Source of the DNA: a phage
Reading direction: 5' to 3' (one strand)
Sequence record: PZ344858.1
DNA: 38,561 nucleotides
Positions 26,234 through 35,960 of the stretch are shown here, in pieces. Every line of letters begins with the position of its first letter. Position 1 is the stretch's first letter. A program made the translations under genes and the position numbers. The notes under the pieces were generated by a model that saw nothing but the letters and a program-made list of their open reading frames with translations, made no database searches and was not told where the DNA came from.

Positions 26234-28621
26234 ATGGCACTCATTAGCCAATCAATTAAGAACTTGAAGGGTGGTATCAGTCAACAGCCTGACATCCTTC
26301 GTTATCCAGACCAAGGGTCACGCCAAGTTAACGGTTGGTCTTCGGAGACCGAGGGCCTCCAAAAGCGTCCACCAATGGTTTTCCTTAAGACACTTGGAGA
26401 CAACGGTGCTCTAGGTCAAGCTCCGTACATCCACCTGATTAACCGTGATGAGAACGAACAGTATTACGCTGTGTTCACTGGTACAGGAATCCGAGTGTTT
26501 GACCTTGCCGGTAACGAAAAACAGGTACGATACCCAACAGATGGTGCTTCGTACATCACCACTTCAAACCCAAGGAACGACTTGAGGATGGTAACTGTGG
26601 CTGACTATACGTTCATCGTTAACAGAAACGTAAGGGTAGCACGTAATGCCAACTCTGTCAACCTTCCTGGGTTTAACCCTAAGAAAGATGCGTTAATCAA
26701 CGTTCGTGGTGGTCAGTACGGTAGAACCCTCCAGATTCAGATTAATGGGGGCACTCAGGCCAGCTATCAGATTCCAGATGGTTCACAACCCGCACACGTA
26801 AACAATACGGACGCTCAGTGGTTAGCTGAGGAGCTGGCCAGACAACTAAGGGCAAACACTCCCGGATGGACATTCAACGTGGGTCAAGGCTTTATCCACA
26901 TCATAGCAGATGCTGCCGGTGAGATTAACTCTTTGGTTACTAAGGATGGTTATGCAGACCAGTTGATTAACCCTGTAACACACTACGCCCAGTCATTCTC
27001 CAAGCTGCCACCTAACGCACCTGATGGGTACATGGTGAAAATCGTAGGAGATGCCTCAAAGTCCGCTGACCAATATTACGTTCGCTATGACGCACAGCGT
27101 AAGGTCTGGGTTGAGACACTAGGTTGGAACGTCACGAACCAACTTCTGTACGAGACTATGCCGCACGCGCTGGTTCGCGCTTCTGATGGTAACTTTGAGT
27201 TCAGGTGGCTTGAGTGGGTTCCAAAGACATGCGGTGACGATGATACCAACCCGTGGCCTTCCTTCATGGACTCCACAATCAACGATGTGTTCTTCTTCCG
27301 TAACCGTTTAGGTTTCCTAAGTGGAGAGAATATCATCTTGAGTAGAACCGCTAAATACTTCAACTTCTACCCAGCGTCAATCGCGAACTTGAGTGATGAT
27401 GATCCTATTGATGTGGCTGTAAGTACCAACAGAATAGCAATCCTTAAGTATGCCGTGCCATTCTCTGAGGAGTTGCTCATCTGGTCCGATGAAGCGCAGT
27501 TCGTCCTGACTGCTTCCGGTACTCTCACGTCGAAGTCAGTTGAGTTGAACCTAACGACTCAGTTTGATGTGCAGGACCGAGCGAGGCCGTTCGGGATTGG
27601 TCGTAACGTTTACTTTGCGAGTCCGAGGTCCAGCTTTACGTCCATCCATCGGTATTACGCCGTTCAGGATGTAAGTTCCGTTAAGAACGCTGAGGACATT
27701 ACGGCTCACGTTCCGAACTATATACCTAATGGTGTGTACAGTATCTGCGGGTCGGGTACTGAGAACTTCTGTTCGGTACTATCCCATGGGGACCCTAGCA
27801 AAATCTTCATGTACAAATTCCTGTACCTTAACGAAGAGTTGAGGCAACAGTCGTGGTCTCACTGGGACTTTGGGGAAAACGTGCAGGTTTTGGCATGTCA
27901 GAGCATCAACTCAGATATGTTCATCATTCTACGTAACGAGTTTAACACGTTCCTTGCAAGAGTTTCCTTTACGAAGAACGCCATTGACTTACAGGGAGAA
28001 CCTTATCGGGCCTTTATGGACATGAAGATTCGCTACACGATTCCAAGCGGAACGTATAACGATGATACCTATGAGACGTCCATCCATATTCCAACTATTT
28101 ATGGTGCAAACTTCGGGAGGGGCAAAATCACTGTACTTGAACCTGATGGTAAGATCACAGTGTTTGAGCAACCTCAGGCTGGCTGGAGTAGTGACCCTTG
28201 GCTGAGACTCAATGGTAACTTAGAGGGACGCATGGTGTACATCGGGTTCAACATCAACTTCGTCTATGAGTTCTCTAAGTTCCTCATCAAACAAACTGCC
28301 GACGATGGGTCTACCTCCACGGAAGACATTGGTCGCTTGCAGTTACGCCGAGCGTGGGTGAACTATGAGAACTCTGGGACGTTCGACATTTATGTTGAGA
28401 ACCAATCGTCCAGCTGGAAGTACACAATGGCTGGTGCCCGACTAGGCTCTAGCACCCTGAGGGCCGGTAGACTGAACTTAGGGACCGGACAATACCGATT
28501 CCCTGTGGTGGGCAACGCCAAGTTCAATACCGTGTCCATCTTGTCCGATGAGACTACCCCGTTGAACATCATTGGTTGTGGCTGGGAAGGTAACTACTTA
28601 CGGAGAAGTTCCGGTATTTAA
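26234..28621 (+). CDS. 12: Tail tubular protein B (T7 gp12 homolog)
   Basis: 795 aa, RBS aaggagg. Confidence 0.95.
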   Translation: MALISQSIKNLKGGISQQPDILRYPDQGSRQVNGWSSETEGLQKRPPMVFLKTLGDNGALGQAPYIHLINRDENEQYYAVFTGTGIRVFDLAGNEKQVRYPTDGASYITTSNPRNDLRMVTVADYTFIVNRNVRVARNANSVNLPGFNPKKDALINVRGGQYGRTLQIQINGGTQASYQIPDGSQPAHVNNTDAQWLAEELARQLRANTPGWTFNVGQGFIHIIADAAGEINSLVTKDGYADQLINPVTHYAQSFSKLPPNAPDGYMVKIVGDASKSADQYYVRYDAQRKVWVETLGWNVTNQLLYETMPHALVRASDGNFEFRWLEWVPKTCGDDDTNPWPSFMDSTINDVFFFRNRLGFLSGENIILSRTAKYFNFYPASIANLSDDDPIDVAVSTNRIAILKYAVPFSEELLIWSDEAQFVLTASGTLTSKSVELNLTTQFDVQDRARPFGIGRNVYFASPRSSFTSIHRYYAVQDVSSVKNAEDITAHVPNYIPNGVYSICGSGTENFCSVLSHGDPSKIFMYKFLYLNEELRQQSWSHWDFGENVQVLACQSINSDMFIILRNEFNTFLARVSFTKNAIDLQGEPYRAFMDMKIRYTIPSGTYNDDTYETSIHIPTIYGANFGRGKITVLEPDGKITVFEQPQAGWSSDPWLRLNGNLEGRMVYIGFNINFVYEFSKFLIKQTADDGSTSTEDIGRLQLRRAWVNYENSGTFDIYVENQSSSWKYTMAGARLGSSTLRAGRLNLGTGQYRFPVVGNAKFNTVSILSDETTPLNIIGCGWEGNYLRRSSGI

Positions 28622-28671
28622 TACATAATGTTCTCCCTGTGGTGTCAATACGACTACGGGAGGGTTTTCTT

Positions 28672-29088
28672 ATGATGATTATAAGACCTACTAAAAGTAC
28701 AGACTTTGAGGTATTCACTCCGGCTCACCATGACATTCTTGAAGCTAAGGCTGCTGGTATTGAGCCAAGTTTCCCAGATGCTTCCGAGTGTGTCACGTTG
28801 AGCCTCTATGGGTTCCCTCTAGCCATTGGTGGTAACTGTGGGGACCAGTGCTGGTTCGTTACGAGCGACCAAGTGTGGAGACTTAGTGGAAAAGCTAAGC
28901 GAGAGTTCCGCAAGTTAATCATGGAGTATCGCGATAAGATGCTTGAGAAGTATGATACTCTTTGGAATTACGTGTGGGTAGGCAATGCGTCTCACATTCG
29001 TTTCCTCAAGACTATCGGTGCGGTATTCCATGAAGAGTACACACGCGATGGTCAATTTCAATTATTCACAATAACGAAAGGAGGATAA
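28672..29088 (+). CDS. 13: Internal virion protein A (T7 gp13 homolog)
   Basis: 138 aa starting MMIIRPTKSTDF with RBS gggaggg; ORF-track start at 28639 is an extension. Confidence 0.85.
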   Translation: MMIIRPTKSTDFEVFTPAHHDILEAKAAGIEPSFPDASECVTLSLYGFPLAIGGNCGDQCWFVTSDQVWRLSGKAKREFRKLIMEYRDKMLEKYDTLWNYVWVGNASHIRFLKTIGAVFHEEYTRDGQFQLFTITKGG

Positions 29089-29092
29089 CCAT

Positions 29093-29683
29093 ATGTGCTG
29101 GGCAGCTGCAATTCCAATCGCAATAGCTGGCGCTCAGGCTATCGGCAGTCAGAATGCTCAAGCGAAAGCGATAGCGTCTCAGACCGCCGCTGGTCGTCGT
29201 CAAGCCTTTGAACTTATGAAGCAGACGAACATCCAGAATGCTGACCTATCGTTGCAAGCTCGAAGTAAACTTGAGGAAGCGTCCTCTGAGTTGACCTCAC
29301 AGAACATGCAGAAGGTACAAGCTATGGGGTCTATCCGAGCGGCTATCGGAGAAAGTATGCTTGAAGGTTCCTCAATGGACCGCATTAAGCGAGTCACTGA
29401 GGGCCAGTTCATTCGGGAGGCCAACATGGTCACGGAGAACTACCGTAGAGACTACCAAGCAATCTTCGCACAGCAACTTGGTGGCACTCAAAGTGCTGCA
29501 AGTCAGATTGATGAAATCTACAAGGGCGAACAGAAACAGAAGAGTAAGCTACAGATGGTTCTTGACCCACTGGCTATCATGGGGTCATCTGCTGCTAGTG
29601 CTTATGCGTCTGGGGCGTTCGACTCTAAGCCAACCACTAAGGCACCTATTGTTGCCGCTAAAGGAACTAAGACGGGGAGGTAA
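29093..29683 (+). CDS. 14: Internal virion protein B (T7 gp14 homolog)
   Basis: 196 aa, RBS aaaggagg. Confidence 0.9.
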   Translation: MCWAAAIPIAIAGAQAIGSQNAQAKAIASQTAAGRRQAFELMKQTNIQNADLSLQARSKLEEASSELTSQNMQKVQAMGSIRAAIGESMLEGSSMDRIKRVTEGQFIREANMVTENYRRDYQAIFAQQLGGTQSAASQIDEIYKGEQKQKSKLQMVLDPLAIMGSSAASAYASGAFDSKPTTKAPIVAAKGTKTGR

Positions 29684-29689
29684 TATTAT

Positions 29690-31933
29690 ATGAGCAAGAT
29701 TGAATCTGCCCTTCAAGCAGCACAACCGGGACTCTCTCGGTTACGTAGTGGCGCTGGTGGTATGGGCTACAGGGCCGCCTCAACGCAAGCTGAGCAGCCT
29801 AAGTCCAGCCTATTGGACACCATTGGTCGGTTCGCTCAGGCTGGAGCCGATATGTATACCGCTAAGGAACAACGTGCTCGTGACCTAGCCGATGAACGCT
29901 CTAACGAGATTATTCGTAAGCTGACCCCTGAGCAACGTCGAGAGGCTCTCAACAACGGGACCCTTCTGTATCAGGATGACCCATACGCTATGGAAGCACT
30001 ACGAGTCAAGACTGGTCGTAACGCTGCGTACCTAGTTGATGATGACGTTATGCAGAAGGTTAAAGAGGGTGTCTTCCGTACTCGTGAAGAGATGGAACAG
30101 TATCGCCATAGCCGTCTTCAAGAGGGTGCTAAAGCATACGCTGAGCAGTTCGGTATTGACCCTGAGGACGTGGATTATCAGCGTGGTTTCAACGGGGACA
30201 TCACTGAGCGTAACATCTCACTATATGGAGCACATGATAACTTCTTGAGTCAACAAGCTCAGAAGGGTGCCATCATGAATAGCCGAGTGGAACTTAACGG
30301 TGTCCTTCAAGACCCTGATATGCTTCGCCTCCCAGACTCTGCTGACTTCTTTGAGAAGTACATCGACAATGGTCTGGTTACTGGGGCAATCCCATCTGAT
30401 GCTCAAGCCACACAGCTTATAAGCCAAGCGTTCAGTGACGCTTCTAGCCGTGCTGGTGGTGCTGACTTCCTGATGCGAGTCGGTGACAAGAAGGTAACAC
30501 TTAACGGAGCCACGACGACTTACCGAGAGTTGATGGGTGAAGAACAATGGAATGCTCTTATGGTAACAGCACAACGTTCTCAATTTGAGAATGACGCTAA
30601 GCTGAACGAGCAGTATCGCTTGAAGATTAACTCTGCGCTGAACCAAGAGGACCCTCGTACTGCGTGGGAGATGCTTCAAGGTATCAAGGCTGAACTCGAT
30701 AAGGTTCAACCTGATGAGCAGATGACACCGCAACGTGAGTGGCTAATCTCGGCACAGGAACAAGTCCAGAATCAGATGAACGCATGGACGAAGGCTCAAG
30801 CCAAAGCTCTGGATGACTCAATGAAGTCTATGAACAAACTTAACGTAATCGACAAGCAATTCCAGAAGCGAATCAATGGTGAGTGGGTCTCAACGGACTT
30901 TAAGGATATGCCAGTCAACGAGAACACTGGTGAGTTCAAGCATAGTGATATGGTTAACTACGCCAATAAGAAGCTCGCTGAGATTGACCGCATGGACATC
31001 CCAGATAGCGCCAAGGACATGCTGAAGTTGAAATACCTTCAAGCGGACTCTAAGGACGGGGCATTCCGCACAGCAATCGGAACTATGGTGACTGACGCTG
31101 CTCAAGAGTGGTCTGCCGCTGTTATTAACGGTAAGTTACCAGAACGAACCCCAGCTCTGGATGCTCTACGTAGAATACGTAATGCCGACCCTCAGTTGAT
31201 TGCTGCGCTATACCCAGACCAAGCTGAGTTATTTCTGACGATGGACATGATGGACAAGCAAGGTCTTGACCCTCAGCTTATTCTTGATGCCGACAGACTG
31301 GCTGTTAAGCGGTCCAAAGAGCAACGCTTTGAGGATGATAAAGCATTCGAGTCTGCACTGAACGCATCTAAGGCTCCTGAGATTGCCCGTATGCCAGCGT
31401 CACTGCGCGAATCTGCACGTAAGATTTATGACTCCGTTAAGTATCGCTCAGGGAACGAAAGTATGGCTATGGAGCAGATGACCAAGTTCCTTAAGGAATC
31501 TACCTACACGTTCACTGGTGATGATGTTGATGGTGATACCATTGGTGTGATTCCGAAGAACATGATGCAAGTCAACTCTGACCCGAAATCATGGGAGCAA
31601 GGTCGGGATATTCTGGAGGAAGCACGTAAGGGAATCATAGCGAACAACAAGTGGATTACCAATAAGCAACTGACTATGTATTCTCAAGGTGATTCCATTT
31701 ACCTTATGGATACCACTGGTCAAGTGCGAATCCGGTATGACAAAGAGCTGCTCGCTAAGGTCTGGAGTGAGAACCAGAAGAAACTTGAAGAGAAAGCACG
31801 CGAGGAGGCATTGAAGGATGCCAACAAGCGAGCACCTATCACTGCTGCTACTAAGGCCCGTGAAGCTGGAGCTAAGCGAGTACGGGATAAACGTAAACAG
31901 GTTCCTAAGTTCATCTATGGACGTAAGGAGTAA
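29690..31933 (+). CDS. 15: Internal virion (core) protein C (T7 gp15 homolog)
   Basis: 747 aa, same length as T7 gp15. Confidence 0.95.
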   Translation: MSKIESALQAAQPGLSRLRSGAGGMGYRAASTQAEQPKSSLLDTIGRFAQAGADMYTAKEQRARDLADERSNEIIRKLTPEQRREALNNGTLLYQDDPYAMEALRVKTGRNAAYLVDDDVMQKVKEGVFRTREEMEQYRHSRLQEGAKAYAEQFGIDPEDVDYQRGFNGDITERNISLYGAHDNFLSQQAQKGAIMNSRVELNGVLQDPDMLRLPDSADFFEKYIDNGLVTGAIPSDAQATQLISQAFSDASSRAGGADFLMRVGDKKVTLNGATTTYRELMGEEQWNALMVTAQRSQFENDAKLNEQYRLKINSALNQEDPRTAWEMLQGIKAELDKVQPDEQMTPQREWLISAQEQVQNQMNAWTKAQAKALDDSMKSMNKLNVIDKQFQKRINGEWVSTDFKDMPVNENTGEFKHSDMVNYANKKLAEIDRMDIPDSAKDMLKLKYLQADSKDGAFRTAIGTMVTDAAQEWSAAVINGKLPERTPALDALRRIRNADPQLIAALYPDQAELFLTMDMMDKQGLDPQLILDADRLAVKRSKEQRFEDDKAFESALNASKAPEIARMPASLRESARKIYDSVKYRSGNESMAMEQMTKFLKESTYTFTGDDVDGDTIGVIPKNMMQVNSDPKSWEQGRDILEEARKGIIANNKWITNKQLTMYSQGDSIYLMDTTGQVRIRYDKELLAKVWSENQKKLEEKAREEALKDANKRAPITAATKAREAGAKRVRDKRKQVPKFIYGRKE

Positions 31934-31958
31934 TTAAGGCTACATAAGGAGGCCCTAA

Positions 31959-34900
31959 ATGGATAAGTACGATAAGAACGTACCAAGTGAGTATGACGGT
32001 CTGTTCCAAAAGGCGGCTGATGCCAACGGGGTCTCTTATGACCTTTTACGTAAAGTCGCTTGGACAGAATCACGGTTTCAACCCACAGCCAAGTCTAAAA
32101 CTGGACCACTGGGCATGATGCAGTTCACCAAGGCCACGGCTAAGGCTATGGGATTGCGAGTAACAGATGGTCCTTATGACGACCGACTTAACCCTGAATT
32201 GGCTATCAACGCTGCCGCTAAGCACCTTGCAGGTCTGGTAGGTAAATTTGATGGTGATGAACTCAAAGCTGCCCTTGCGTATAACCAAGGCGAGGGACGC
32301 TTGGGGAATCCACAACTTGAAGCGTACTCTAAGGGAGACTTCTCATCCATCTCCGAGGAAGGTCGTAATTATCTGCGCAATCTTCTGGATGTAGCTAAGT
32401 CTCCTATGTCTGGACAACTGGAAGCATTTGGTGGCATCACCCCAAAGGGTAAAGGAATTCCGGCTGATGTTGGACTGGCTGGGATTGGTCATAAGCAGAA
32501 AGTGACACAGGAACTTCCTGAGTCCACAAGTTTTGACGTTAAGGGTATCGAACAGGAGGCTACGGCGAAACCATTCGCCAAGGACTTTTGGGAGACCCAC
32601 GGAGAAACACTTGACGAGTACAACAGTCGTTCAACCTTCTTCGGATTCAAAAATACTGCCGAAGCTGAACTCTCCAACTCAGTCGCTGGGATGGCTTTCC
32701 GTGCTGGTCGTCTTGATAATGGTTTTGACGTGTTTAAAGACACCATTACGCCGACTCGCTGGAACTCTCACATCTGGACTCCAGAGGAGTTAGAGAAGAT
32801 TCGCACAGAGGTTAAGAACCCTGCGTACATCAACGTGGTGACTGGTGGTTCTCCTGAGAATCTTGACGAACTCATCAAGTTAGCTAATGAGAACTTTGAG
32901 GTGGATTTACGGAAATCAGAGGCCGGACTAGGAGCACAGCTTAGTGCTGGTATTATCGGTGCTGGTGTGGACCCACTCAGTTATGTTCCTATGGTTGGTG
33001 TGACTGGTAAGGGCTTTAAATTAATCAATAAGGCGCTTGTTGTTGGCGCTGAGAGTGCAGCACTTAACGTAGCCTCCGAGGGACTTCGAACCTCTGTGGC
33101 TGGTGGTGACTCGGACTATGCAGGCGCTGCCTTAGGTGGTTTTGTGTTTGGTGCTGGTATGTCCGCAATCAGTGATGCTATCGCTGCTGGACTAAAACGG
33201 GGTAAGCCGGAAGCTGAGTTCGACAATGAGTTCATTGGTCCTATGATGCGAATGGAAGCCAGAGAGACAGCGCGTAACGCCAACTCTGCGGACCTCTCTA
33301 GGATTAACACTGAGAACATGAAGTTTGAAGGTGAATACAAAGGCGTTCCTTATGAGGAACTTCCGACCGAAAAGGGTGCTGTGGTTCTCCATGATGGCTC
33401 CATACTTAGTGCGAGCAACCCAATCAACCCCAAGACTCTCAAAGAGTTCTCCGAGGTTGACCCTGAGAAAGCGGCACGAGGTATCAAACTAGCAGGGTTC
33501 ACTGAGATTGGGTTAAAGACCTTAGGCTCAGACGACGCTGATATTCGACGTGTAGCTATTGACCTAGTGCGGTCTCCTACAGGAATGCAATCAGGTTCCT
33601 CAGGGAAGTATGGTTCAACAGCCTCTGACATTTTCGAGAAACTTCGTGGCACTGACCAGCGTACTTACAACGACTTGTATAAGGCAATGTCTGACGCGAT
33701 GAAAGACCCTGAGTTCTCCACTGGCGGCGCTAAGATGTCTCGCGAAGAAGCTCGTTACACTATCGAGCGTCGAGTGGCCTTGGCTATTGAGAACCCTGAG
33801 CTACAGAAGGCTTTAACTCCTAACGAGCGAATCGTAATGGACATCGTTAAGCGACATTATGACACCAAGCGTGAACTTATGGAGAACCCTGCGGTCTTTG
33901 GTAATACGAAGGCTGTGAGTATCTTTCCAGAGAGTAGACACAAGGGAACGTATGTTCCACATGTGTACGACAAGTACGCTAAGGCACTAAAAATTCAACG
34001 CTATGGTGCTGAGGGCTTACAGGAAGGTATCGCTCGGTCATGGATGTGTAGCTACGATTTGAGACCTTCGGTAAAGGCCCGTATTGACGAAGCACTTAAA
34101 GAGATGCACGGTGTAGAGGAAGTCACTCATGATATGGTGTATAAGTACGCTATGGATAAAGCATACGGTATCTCTCACTCAGACAGGTTCACTAATAGCT
34201 CCATCATTGAGGAGAACATTGAGGGTCTTGTTGGTATAGAGAATAATTCATTCCTTGAAGCACGAAACCTCTTTGACTCCGACTTAGCAATCACCATGCC
34301 AGACGGTGAGCAATTCTCTGTGAACGATTTGAGGGACTTTAGTATGTTCCGTATCATGCCAGCGTATGACCGCCGTATCAACGGTGACATCGCAATAATG
34401 GGGTCTACCGGTAAAACCACTAAGGAACTTAAGGATGAGATTTTGGCTCTCAAAGCGAAAGCTGAGGGAGACGGTAAGAAGACAGGTGAGGTCCATGCTC
34501 TCATGGATACCGTTAAGATTCTTACTGGTCGTGCTCGACGCAATCAGGACACTGTGTGGGAAACCTCACTGCGTTCCATCAATGACCTAGGGTTCTTCGC
34601 CAAGAACGCCTATATGGGCGCTCAGAACCTTACGGAGATTGCTGGGATGATTGCCACGGGTAACGTGCGTGCCCTTGGTCACGGTATACCAATTCTACGT
34701 GATACCCTCTACAGGTCTAAACCAGTTTCCGCTAAGGAACTTAAGGAACTCCATGCCTCTCTATTCGGGAAGGAGGTGGACCAGTTGATTAGACCTCAGC
34801 GTGCTGACATAGTGCAGCGTCTAAGGGAAGCAACTGATACAGGACCTGTGGTTGCTAACATTGTAGGGACCTTGAAGTATTCCACACAGGAACTGGCTGC

Positions 34901-35933
34901 TCGCTCTCCGTGGACTAAGCTGCTTAATGGAACCACTAACTACCTTCTGGATGCTGCGCGTCAAGGTATGCTTGGGGACGTGATTAGTGCCACCCTAACA
35001 GGTAAGACTACCCGCTGGGAGAAAGAAGGATTCCTTCGGGGTGCCTCAATAACCCCTGAGCAGATGCAGGGAATCAAGGCACTCATTAAGGAACACATGG
35101 TGCGTGGTGAAGATGGTAAGTATACCGTTAAGGATAAGCACGCGTTCTCTATGGACCCAAGAGCTATGGACTTGTGGCGACTGGCTGATAAGGTAGCTGA
35201 CGAGGCAATGCTGCGTCCGCATAAGGTGTCCTTACAGGATTCACATGCGTTCGGAGCATTAGGCAAGATGGTGATGCAGTTTAAGTCTTTCACCATTAAA
35301 TCCCTTAACTCTAAGTTTCTGCGAACCTTCTACGATGGGTACAAGAACAACCGAGCGATTGACGCTGCGCTGACTGGTATCATCTCTATGGGTCTCGCTG
35401 GTGGTTACTACGCTATGGCTGCACACGTCAAAGCGTATGGAATGCCTAAGGAGAAACGTAAAGAATACTTGGAGCGTGCATTGGACCCAACCATGATTGC
35501 CCACGCGTCGTTATCTCGTAGTTCTCAATTAGGTGCTCCTTTGGCTATGGCTGACCTAGTTGGTGGCCTGTTCGGGGTTGAGTCCTCAAAGATGGCTCGC
35601 TCTACTATTCTTCCTAAAGACACCATGAGGGAGCGTGACCCTAATAAGCCTTATACCTCGTGGGAGGTAATGGGTAATATGGGTTCCAACATTCTTGAAC
35701 AGATGCCTTCGGCTGGATTTGTGGCTAACGTTGGGGCTTCCCTACTTAATACTGCTGGCGTGGTGAATGCTCCTAACAAAGCCACTGAGCAGGACTTCAT
35801 GACTGGTCTCATGAACTCCACAAAAGAGTTAGTACCGAACGACCCATTGACGCAACAGCTTGTGTTGAAGATTTATGAGGCGAATGGTGTTAACTTGAGG
35901 GAGCGTCGGAACGAAAGAATCTTCTCCCTGTAG
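31959..35933 (+). CDS. 16: Internal virion (core) protein D with N-terminal lytic transglycosylase domain (T7 gp16 homolog)
   Basis: 1324 aa; N-terminal SLT-like motif ESRFQPTAKSKTGPLGMMQF; RBS aaggagg. Confidence 0.95.
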   Translation: MDKYDKNVPSEYDGLFQKAADANGVSYDLLRKVAWTESRFQPTAKSKTGPLGMMQFTKATAKAMGLRVTDGPYDDRLNPELAINAAAKHLAGLVGKFDGDELKAALAYNQGEGRLGNPQLEAYSKGDFSSISEEGRNYLRNLLDVAKSPMSGQLEAFGGITPKGKGIPADVGLAGIGHKQKVTQELPESTSFDVKGIEQEATAKPFAKDFWETHGETLDEYNSRSTFFGFKNTAEAELSNSVAGMAFRAGRLDNGFDVFKDTITPTRWNSHIWTPEELEKIRTEVKNPAYINVVTGGSPENLDELIKLANENFEVDLRKSEAGLGAQLSAGIIGAGVDPLSYVPMVGVTGKGFKLINKALVVGAESAALNVASEGLRTSVAGGDSDYAGAALGGFVFGAGMSAISDAIAAGLKRGKPEAEFDNEFIGPMMRMEARETARNANSADLSRINTENMKFEGEYKGVPYEELPTEKGAVVLHDGSILSASNPINPKTLKEFSEVDPEKAARGIKLAGFTEIGLKTLGSDDADIRRVAIDLVRSPTGMQSGSSGKYGSTASDIFEKLRGTDQRTYNDLYKAMSDAMKDPEFSTGGAKMSREEARYTIERRVALAIENPELQKALTPNERIVMDIVKRHYDTKRELMENPAVFGNTKAVSIFPESRHKGTYVPHVYDKYAKALKIQRYGAEGLQEGIARSWMCSYDLRPSVKARIDEALKEMHGVEEVTHDMVYKYAMDKAYGISHSDRFTNSSIIEENIEGLVGIENNSFLEARNLFDSDLAITMPDGEQFSVNDLRDFSMFRIMPAYDRRINGDIAIMGSTGKTTKELKDEILALKAKAEGDGKKTGEVHALMDTVKILTGRARRNQDTVWETSLRSINDLGFFAKNAYMGAQNLTEIAGMIATGNVRALGHGIPILRDTLYRSKPVSAKELKELHASLFGKEVDQLIRPQRADIVQRLREATDTGPVVANIVGTLKYSTQELAARSPWTKLLNGTTNYLLDAARQGMLGDVISATLTGKTTRWEKEGFLRGASITPEQMQGIKALIKEHMVRGEDGKYTVKDKHAFSMDPRAMDLWRLADKVADEAMLRPHKVSLQDSHAFGALGKMVMQFKSFTIKSLNSKFLRTFYDGYKNNRAIDAALTGIISMGLAGGYYAMAAHVKAYGMPKEKRKEYLERALDPTMIAHASLSRSSQLGAPLAMADLVGGLFGVESSKMARSTILPKDTMRERDPNKPYTSWEVMGNMGSNILEQMPSAGFVANVGASLLNTAGVVNAPNKATEQDFMTGLMNSTKELVPNDPLTQQLVLKIYEANGVNLRERRNERIFSL

Positions 35934-35960
35934 TCTCTTAGATTTACTTAAGGAGGTCAA

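Noticed and set aside
28640-28665. Promoter-like string caatacgactacgggaggg upstream of gene 13
   Set aside because: Contains AATACGACT but none of the -8 to +3 initiation sequence; it is the region that follows the phi13 promoter in T7 as I recall, with the promoter itself missing here.
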